From positions 1 to 29,817 of the IMG/VR virus record IMGVR_UViG_3300048896_000156: a stretch of 29,817 bases of DNA; one strand, written 5' to 3'. The stretch comes from a virus (lineage: Duplodnaviria; Caudoviricetes). The translations under genes and the position numbers were made by a program. Of the stretch, positions 24,956-29,817 are shown piece after piece (within the stretch, counting starts at the first letter, position 1; each line of letters starts with the position of its first letter). The notes under the pieces were generated by a model, which saw nothing but the letters and a program-made list of their open reading frames with translations, did no database searches and had not been told where the DNA came from.

Positions 24956-25164
24956 AAACCCGCAGCGAACGCCACTTCACCGCCGATGATTACGCCCTGT
25001 TCGCGGCCTACCGTCCGCGCCGCGCCCTCGTCGAGCCGGCGACGTGCAACCATGATCCCGAGCATTGCTGGGTCGAGCGCGGCCCGCCAGCCATCGCTCC
25101 CTCTGGCAAATGTTTAGCCTGCCGCGCTATGCCGAAGAGCCTGTGGGAGCGCGCCGGCCAATGA
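24952..25164 (+). CDS. Hypothetical Cys-rich protein
   Basis: ATGA-coupled; C.H...HC...CLAC. Confidence 0.6.
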   Translation: MKTRSERHFTADDYALFAAYRPRRALVEPATCNHDPEHCWVERGPPAIAPSGKCLACRAMPKSLWERAGQ

Positions 25165-25310
25165 CCGCGCCGCTCACACCCAATCGGCAGCTCACCGAAG
25201 AGGAGGTGCGGCAGCTCAAAGAAGTTTGGGAGAAAATGTGCCGCGGTGAAATCATTTCACCCAACCCTCGTATGCACTGGCTGCAACGGCTACTGCGATG
25301 GTGGCGATGA
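25161..25310 (+). CDS. Hypothetical protein (49 aa)
   Basis: ATGA-coupled at both ends. Confidence 0.55.
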   Translation: MTAPLTPNRQLTEEEVRQLKEVWEKMCRGEIISPNPRMHWLQRLLRWWR

Positions 25311-25744
25311 CCGCGCCGTTCCGCCTGCGCCCGCCGGTGCCGCTGGAGCGCGACATCCACGAAGCCTGCGCCCGCGCCCTCGACGCACTGCTGTTGCCGC
25401 CGGCGCTGTGGTTCGCCTATCCCGCCGGCGCGTCACAACTGTCACCGCAGCAGCAGGCGCGCCACAGCCGCGTCGGCCTGAAGCGCGGCCTGCCGGACAT
25501 CTTCGTGCTGCACGGTGGCGTGTACGGCATCGAGCTGAAGCGGCCCGGCACCGGGCGGCTGTCGAAGACCCGCATCGTCCGCACCCGCCGCGGCAGCCCG
25601 TATGTGCTGGTCGGCCAGGCCGAGATGTTTCAGAGGTTGGTGAATGCCGGCGTGCGTGAAATCGCCATCGCCCACTCTGTCACCGAAATGCTCGGTCACC
25701 TGGAGCGCTGGGGCATTCCGCTGCGCGGCATGGTGGCGGCATGA
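25307..25744 (+). CDS. VRR-NUC family nuclease / Holliday junction resolvase-like
   Basis: 'LERDIH', 'GLKRGLPDI', 'IELKRP..GRLS', Q motif (PD-(D/E)xK). Confidence 0.82.
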   Translation: MTAPFRLRPPVPLERDIHEACARALDALLLPPALWFAYPAGASQLSPQQQARHSRVGLKRGLPDIFVLHGGVYGIELKRPGTGRLSKTRIVRTRRGSPYVLVGQAEMFQRLVNAGVREIAIAHSVTEMLGHLERWGIPLRGMVAA

Positions 25745-25863
25745 CGCCGGCGCCAGAGCAACACGGCGATGGCCGGCAATTTGATCCGCTCGAAGGCGCA
25801 TGGTGGCTGACCGCGTTCTTCACCATCTGGCTGTGGCTCGACGATCGGCGATGGCGATGCTGA
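25741..25863 (+). CDS. Trp-rich peptide (40 aa)
   Basis: MTPAPEQHGDGRQFDPLEGAWWLTAFFTIWLWLDDRRWRC*; fills the gap with coupled junctions. Confidence 0.45.
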   Translation: MTPAPEQHGDGRQFDPLEGAWWLTAFFTIWLWLDDRRWRC

Positions 25864-26507
25864 TGTGCTACGCCAGCCGCACCGGCACCCGCCGCAACCT
25901 CGACGCCCTACGCGCCGCCGGATGGGGCTTGCTCGTGTCGCGCGCTGGTGTTTGGCGCACCGAAGGGTTCGCACACTGGGCGGCAGAAAACGGTGCGTGG
26001 TCCGATTACCAGACCGGCCGCAGTTTCGACGAGGATCAATATGAGCGGTTCCTCGGCTGGGTTGAGGCACAGACGACTGTACCTGATTGGGTTGTCCTGC
26101 CAGATGTTGTGGCAGGCGGTGCAGCCTCCCTTGCACTCTCGGCGCGTTATCGCAACCGCTGTCAGGCGGTCGCGCCACTGGTGCTCATCGCAGTGCAAGA
26201 TGGCATGGAGCCGGATGTCCTCGCGCCGCTGGTAAATTCGCGGGTCGGTATCTTTCTCGGTGGCTCAACCGAGTGGAAGCTCGCCACCATGCCGCGGTGG
26301 GGCACCTTCTGCGCCGCGCGGCAGCTTCACTATCATGTCGCCCGGGTCAACACCGCGCGCCGCTTCCGCATGGCGGTTGCCGCCGGCGCTAGTTCGGTCG
26401 ATGGCACCTCGGCATCGCGCTACGCGGTAACGCTGCCACTGCTCAACCTGAGTTCCCGGCAATCCGATTTGTTCGCGCCGGAACGGAGCACACCATGTCC
26501 GCAGTAA
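25857..26507 (+). CDS. DpdA-like (TGT-fold) deazaguanine DNA-modification protein
   Basis: '(D/E)NGAWS', 'VLPDVV', 'AVQDG', 'IFLGGSTEWK', 'HVARVNT.RR', 'SVDGT'. Confidence 0.68.
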   Translation: MLMCYASRTGTRRNLDALRAAGWGLLVSRAGVWRTEGFAHWAAENGAWSDYQTGRSFDEDQYERFLGWVEAQTTVPDWVVLPDVVAGGAASLALSARYRNRCQAVAPLVLIAVQDGMEPDVLAPLVNSRVGIFLGGSTEWKLATMPRWGTFCAARQLHYHVARVNTARRFRMAVAAGASSVDGTSASRYAVTLPLLNLSSRQSDLFAPERSTPCPQ

Positions 26508-26665
26508 CCATAATCCTGATCGTGCTGGTGGTGCTGCTCATCGCCGGCATGCCGCACTGGTACGGCGGCACACCATACGCGTCCTACGGCTATGCCCCGG
26601 TCGGCATCGTCGGCGTCATCCTGGTGGTGCTGCTGATCCTGCTGCTGTTCGGTGTCATCCGATGA
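26495..26665 (+). CDS. DUF3309-family two-TM membrane protein
   Basis: MSAVTIILIVLVVLLIAGMPHWY...YGYAPVGIVGVILVVLLILLLFG; RBS GGAG; not in the ORF track. Confidence 0.8.
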   Translation: MSAVTIILIVLVVLLIAGMPHWYGGTPYASYGYAPVGIVGVILVVLLILLLFGVIR

Positions 26666-26964
26666 TGCGCGGCGCACTGCCGGGCAGCGGAATGCTCACC
26701 GTCAGCGAAATGGCCGAGGCTCGCGTGCTATGGGAAACCACTGACATGTCCGCATCCGATATCGCCGCTCGCTTCACCACCGCGGCAAAGGAAGTCACCA
26801 AGAACGTCATCGTCGGCCACGCCAGCCGGCACTCATGGAAGCCGCGCGCCGACAGCACCAGGCCGCCGCGCACCTTGCACGACCGGCTCGACGCGCTGCA
26901 CGAGGACTACAACCGCAAGGTCGGCCTGCTGCCCGGCGCCGGCTATCGAGGGCGCGGCCGGTGA
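26662..26964 (+). CDS. GcrA-like HTH protein (N-terminal DNA-binding domain only)
   Basis: 'LWETTDMSASDIAARF....VTKNVIVGHASR' compared with GcrA 'LW.EG.SASQIA..LG.VTRNAVIGK.HR'. Confidence 0.72.
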   Translation: MMRGALPGSGMLTVSEMAEARVLWETTDMSASDIAARFTTAAKEVTKNVIVGHASRHSWKPRADSTRPPRTLHDRLDALHEDYNRKVGLLPGAGYRGRGR

Positions 26965-27227
26965 CTGAGCCGACGAAAGAGGCCGTCGAGCTTGCGGTGG
27001 GGATTAGGTCAACCCGCCTCTGCAAGTCACGGTTTGGGCATTGGATTCAATATGGCATTCAGGCCGAAGAGGCGGCGGCGATGATCGAAGCCTACGCTGC
27101 GCAGCGTGTCGCGGAGGCCATCGAGCGGTGCGCTCAGATCGCGGAAGATCGTGCACTAACGGTAGCGGGACACGAGGCCGGCGTCATCGCCTGCCTGATC
27201 CGCTATCTCAAGGAACCGGGCCGGTGA
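26961..27227 (+). CDS. Hypothetical protein
   Basis: GTGA-coupled; 'AIERCAQIAE...IA..IR' is a common phage motif. Confidence 0.6.
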   Translation: MTEPTKEAVELAVGIRSTRLCKSRFGHWIQYGIQAEEAAAMIEAYAAQRVAEAIERCAQIAEDRALTVAGHEAGVIACLIRYLKEPGR

Positions 27228-27499
27228 AGACCGCCGCCAAGTGTCTCAGCGAAGTGGCGACCCGGCACGTCGCCGCCTACCTCGACGGGCTCGGCGCCAA
27301 CACGCTCGCCGACCACGCCGACGATATCGTCGACCTCGTGCTCGACACGCTCGCCGAACCCAGCCGCGACATGCTCGAAGCCGGCCGCGACGAACTCAAC
27401 CGCGCGCTGCCGATCGGCGCCGGCGGCGTCACCAGCGCCTACCAACGCGCCCTCGTCCGCGCCCTTTGGCGCGCCATGCTCCAGCGGGCCGAGCGATGA
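27224..27499 (+). CDS. Hypothetical protein
   Basis: GTGA-coupled; 'EPS.DMLEAG...W.AML' is a common phage motif. Confidence 0.65.
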   Translation: MKTAAKCLSEVATRHVAAYLDGLGANTLADHADDIVDLVLDTLAEPSRDMLEAGRDELNRALPIGAGGVTSAYQRALVRALWRAMLQRAER

Positions 27500-28081
27500 G
27501 GGGCGCGACCCTGTTCTCGGGAATCGGTGCCCCGGAATGCGCCGCACCTTGGGTTCAGTGGCAGTGGTCCGCCGAGATCGATCCGTTCGCTAGTGCGGTC
27601 CACGCCGCGCGCTTCCCCGGAATGCCCAACCTCGGCAATGTCGAAGGGATCGACGCGGATGCAATTGAGCCTGTCGATCTCGTCGTCTTCGGATCGCCCT
27701 GCCAATCGTTCAGTGTCGCCGGGCGCCGGCTCGGACTGGACGACCCGCGCGGCAACCTGGCCCTCGTCGCCCTTCGTCTGGTTGAGCGCCTGCGGCCCCG
27801 TTGGTTTGTTTTCGAGAACGTGCCCGGCCTCCTGTCGAGCGACGGCGGACGGGACTTTGGTGCCTTTCTCGGGACAGTGGCTCTCTCGGTTCGCCGATTA
27901 ACCCCAAGAGAAGCGGAGCGCCTCCAGGGCTTCCCCGACGATTTCACCGCCGTGACCTACCGCGGCAAGCCGGCGGCGGACGGGCCGCGATACCGCGCGC
28001 TCGGCAACAGCATGGCGGTGCCGGTCATCGGCTGGGTGCTCGGCCGCATCCGCGCATTCGAGGAGCGGGCCGAGCGATGAG
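27483..28081 (+). repeat. 18-bp direct repeat bracketing the methyltransferase gene
   Basis: AGCGGGCCGAGCGATGAG at 27483-27500 and 28064-28081. Confidence 0.9.
27496..28080 (+). CDS. DNA cytosine-C5 methyltransferase, internally deleted (lacks motifs VII, VIII and TRD)
   Basis: Motif I LFSGIG, IV GSPCQ, VI ENVPG, IX RRLTPRE.ERLQGFPD, X ALGNS. Only 194 aa, with no QxRxR. Confidence 0.85.
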   Translation: MRGATLFSGIGAPECAAPWVQWQWSAEIDPFASAVHAARFPGMPNLGNVEGIDADAIEPVDLVVFGSPCQSFSVAGRRLGLDDPRGNLALVALRLVERLRPRWFVFENVPGLLSSDGGRDFGAFLGTVALSVRRLTPREAERLQGFPDDFTAVTYRGKPAADGPRYRALGNSMAVPVIGWVLGRIRAFEERAER

Positions 28082-28301
28082 CCACGCCAAGCAGCCACCC
28101 GACGCGCACGCCTATTCCGGCTTCGCGCTGATCACCGCGCCGCTGCCCGAGCGCCTCGGCTGGGTCATCGTCTGGCGCCGGCCCTGCGGCTGCTGCGAGC
28201 ATGTCGGCCCGGATCTCGACACGATCAACGCGATCATGTTCCGCGATGGCGGCATCGCCGCGGTGTCGATCGCCACCACCCAGCCGCTCGACCCAACATG
28301 A
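28077..28301 (+). CDS. Hypothetical protein (74 aa)
   Basis: ATGA-coupled; PCGCCEH motif. Confidence 0.55.
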   Translation: MSHAKQPPDAHAYSGFALITAPLPERLGWVIVWRRPCGCCEHVGPDLDTINAIMFRDGGIAAVSIATTQPLDPT

Positions 28302-28522
28302 CCAAACGCGCCGAGCAATTCGTCACCCGCGTGCAGTTCACCACCGATGAACTGTCGCAGCTTCTCGCCCGCCGGCGGCGCGCCCGCCTCGGCTGCACCG
28401 CCCTCGCGCGGCAGCTCGGCGTCACGGTGACGGCTATGGACAATTACGAGCGCGGTGTTCGCCGGGTGCCGGCGGCGCTGCTGCCGCGGTGGAGCCGCGC
28501 GCTTAGCGGATGGGATGTGTGA
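28298..28522 (+). CDS. XRE-family HTH protein
   Basis: 'RRRARLGCTALARQLGVTVTAMDNYERGVRRVP...W.RAL'. Confidence 0.82.
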   Translation: MTKRAEQFVTRVQFTTDELSQLLARRRRARLGCTALARQLGVTVTAMDNYERGVRRVPAALLPRWSRALSGWDV

Positions 28523-28623
28523 TGGCAGTGCGCATCCTCGTCGGTGATGCCATCGAGCGGCTGCGCTGGCGGCAGCACCCGCAAACATGCCCGAAGGCTG
28601 ACACGCCGATCAGCTCGCCGTGA
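28522..28623 (+). pseudogene. 5' relic of an N4/N6 (beta-class) DNA methyltransferase
   Basis: Begins MAVRILVGDAIERLR, the usual start preceding 'xLPDxSVxxxVTSPPY', then diverges and stops at 33 aa. Confidence 0.6.
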
Positions 28624-28650
28624 GCTGGTCACATTCGGAGGTAGAACCCG

Positions 28651-28845
28651 ATGATCGATAAGCGGAAGGAAATCGAATCGTTGATCGATAAGGCTGCGGC
28701 CTGCGAAAAATCGGAAGACGCGCTTCGCTTTTCGCAAGCGGCGTGCAACGCCGCCAACGCCATGTTCGCGGTGAAAAATGCGACGGTCCAGCCGCCATCG
28801 CCTCAACTGCCGATCGCGGCCGGCACGATCCCAGATCGGGCTTGA
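28651..28845 (+). CDS. Hypothetical helical protein (64 aa)
   Basis: Strong RBS GGAGGT; structured leader upstream. Confidence 0.7.
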   Translation: MIDKRKEIESLIDKAAACEKSEDALRFSQAACNAANAMFAVKNATVQPPSPQLPIAAGTIPDRA

Positions 28846-28866
28846 ATCGTTCGCCGAGGTCGCCTG

Positions 28867-29367
28867 ATGCCGCCGCCCTGGGTCATCGTCGAGACACGGC
28901 CGGCCGCCGAGGACGCCGCCGAGCGCTCTCTGAGGCTCGCTGGATACCGGGTTTACCTGCCGCGCTATCGCTGCCTCGTCCACCCGCACGGCCGCAGCCG
29001 CAGCGCCGTGACCGTCCTGCGGCCGCTCTTCCCGCGCCTCGTCTGCGTGCAGGATTGGCGAGGCTGGCCGGCTATGCCGATCGGCTGCGTCGTCGGCTTG
29101 ATGAGCCTGCAACCCGGCATTCCCGCAAAACTTTCGGATGAGGATGTCGCCTACATCATGGACCGCGAACGAAGCCGCGACTTCGATACCGTCGGGCAGC
29201 AATTCAGCATCGGCGATGCCGTCGAAATCGACGCGTTCGGCCAACGTATCCTCGGCGTGCTCGATGCGCTGAGCCCGGATGGCAAGGCCACCGTCTCGAT
29301 GCTGATGCTCGGCCGCACCATCCGAACCCATGTTCCGGTGCAACGGCTACATGTGGTTTCCTCTTGA
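28867..29367 (+). CDS. NusG/RfaH-like transcription antiterminator
   Basis: NGN 'W.IVETRP.AE..A...L...GY.VYLP...RPLFP' plus KOW-like 'FSIGDAVEI..F'. Sits in the Q-equivalent position before the late genes. Confidence 0.85.
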   Translation: MPPPWVIVETRPAAEDAAERSLRLAGYRVYLPRYRCLVHPHGRSRSAVTVLRPLFPRLVCVQDWRGWPAMPIGCVVGLMSLQPGIPAKLSDEDVAYIMDRERSRDFDTVGQQFSIGDAVEIDAFGQRILGVLDALSPDGKATVSMLMLGRTIRTHVPVQRLHVVSS

Positions 29368-29381
29368 CAATGAGGCACAAC

Positions 29382-29759
29382 ATGGACATTAGCCACCTGG
29401 CTGGGTCGCCTCGACGGGGTGTTGCCCAGCGTAAGCTATCAGGCTCCCCCTTCTACTACTCGAAGCGATGGCGCTATGTGCGCCGCCTCGTCCTGCTGCG
29501 TGACCACTACCGCTGCGTCAAGTGCAACGCTGATGTCAGTGGCCCAGGCCAGGCCAGGGTAGACCACATCAGGCCCAGGCTCAGCCATCCACACCTCGCT
29601 TATGACATGGCTAACCTGAGAAGCCTATGTCCTACGTGCGATAACCAAAGCCATGCCGAGAAAGGACATGGCAAGGGTTCACATCAACGCATCGAGATAA
29701 CCAAAGGCTTCGATCGCAAGGGTGAGCCGCTGGACCCCAATCACCATTGGAAACGATAG
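29382..29759 (+). CDS. Packaging-associated HNH endonuclease (HK97 gp74-like); start uncertain
   Basis: 'FYYSKRWR..R..VL.RDHYRCVKC...VDHI...NLRSLCPTC...H..K...G.D..G.PLDP.HHW'. Confidence 0.9.
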   Translation: MDISHLAGSPRRGVAQRKLSGSPFYYSKRWRYVRRLVLLRDHYRCVKCNADVSGPGQARVDHIRPRLSHPHLAYDMANLRSLCPTCDNQSHAEKGHGKGSHQRIEITKGFDRKGEPLDPNHHWKR

Positions 29760-29817
29760 GGGGGGGGATGGTCGAAAACTTGAAGCCTGGCGCCAAGCAG
29801 CCGGGCTTGGACTCGAA
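29759..29817 (+). other. cos/packaging-site region
   Basis: G9 run (29759-29767) followed by ATGGTCGAAAACTT directly after the HNH gene, the usual context upstream of small terminase in HK97-like cos phages. Confidence 0.6.

Noticed and set aside
977-28080. Extended N-termini in the ORF track (e.g. starts 977, 2167, 2740, 13437, 15370, 21389, 24590, 27241)
   Set aside because: They overlap upstream genes deeply. Coupled ATGA/GTGA/TGATG starts or RBS-supported starts downstream fit better.
29759-29767. G9 run as a phase-variable homopolymer
   Set aside because: It starts at the last base of the HNH stop codon and is otherwise non-coding; the typical cos-region G-run explains it better.

Overview
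This window is about 30 kb of a GC-rich temperate siphovirus genome with HK97-type packaging. The probable host is an alphaproteobacterium, judged from the GcrA-like, DUF1376, DUF3309 and integrase/excisionase family signatures. The + strand morphogenesis operon (1-17272) runs portal (5' truncated), collagen-like protein, head-tail connector/closure/terminator, gp10-like, tail tube, G/T chaperones, tape measure, distal tail/hub, several fibre proteins (one with an S74 chaperone), FlbD-like and a 2-TM holin-like protein. An intact attP-like region follows. The - strand block carries integrase, a 3-gene cassette with its own promoter, xis-like, RecT and YqaJ. The immunity region has two identical 18-bp palindromic operators flanking a protease-less CI-like repressor. 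The + strand early/middle operon has Cro, a DUF1376 replication protein with an ori-like region, HNH, a stand-alone RNAP alpha-CTD, VRR-NUC, DpdA-like, DUF3309, GcrA-like, an internally deleted C5 methyltransferase, an N4/N6 methylase relic, NusG-like and the packaging HNH. The window ends in a cos-like G-run. The most notable observations are an apparently circularly permuted tail tube protein, a cluster of host-transcription mimics and DNA-modification genes, accessory genes bracketed by duplicated start/stop junctions, three deletion scars, no capsid gene after the portal, and no recognisable endolysin. All family calls come from motif recognition by eye; no database search was run.
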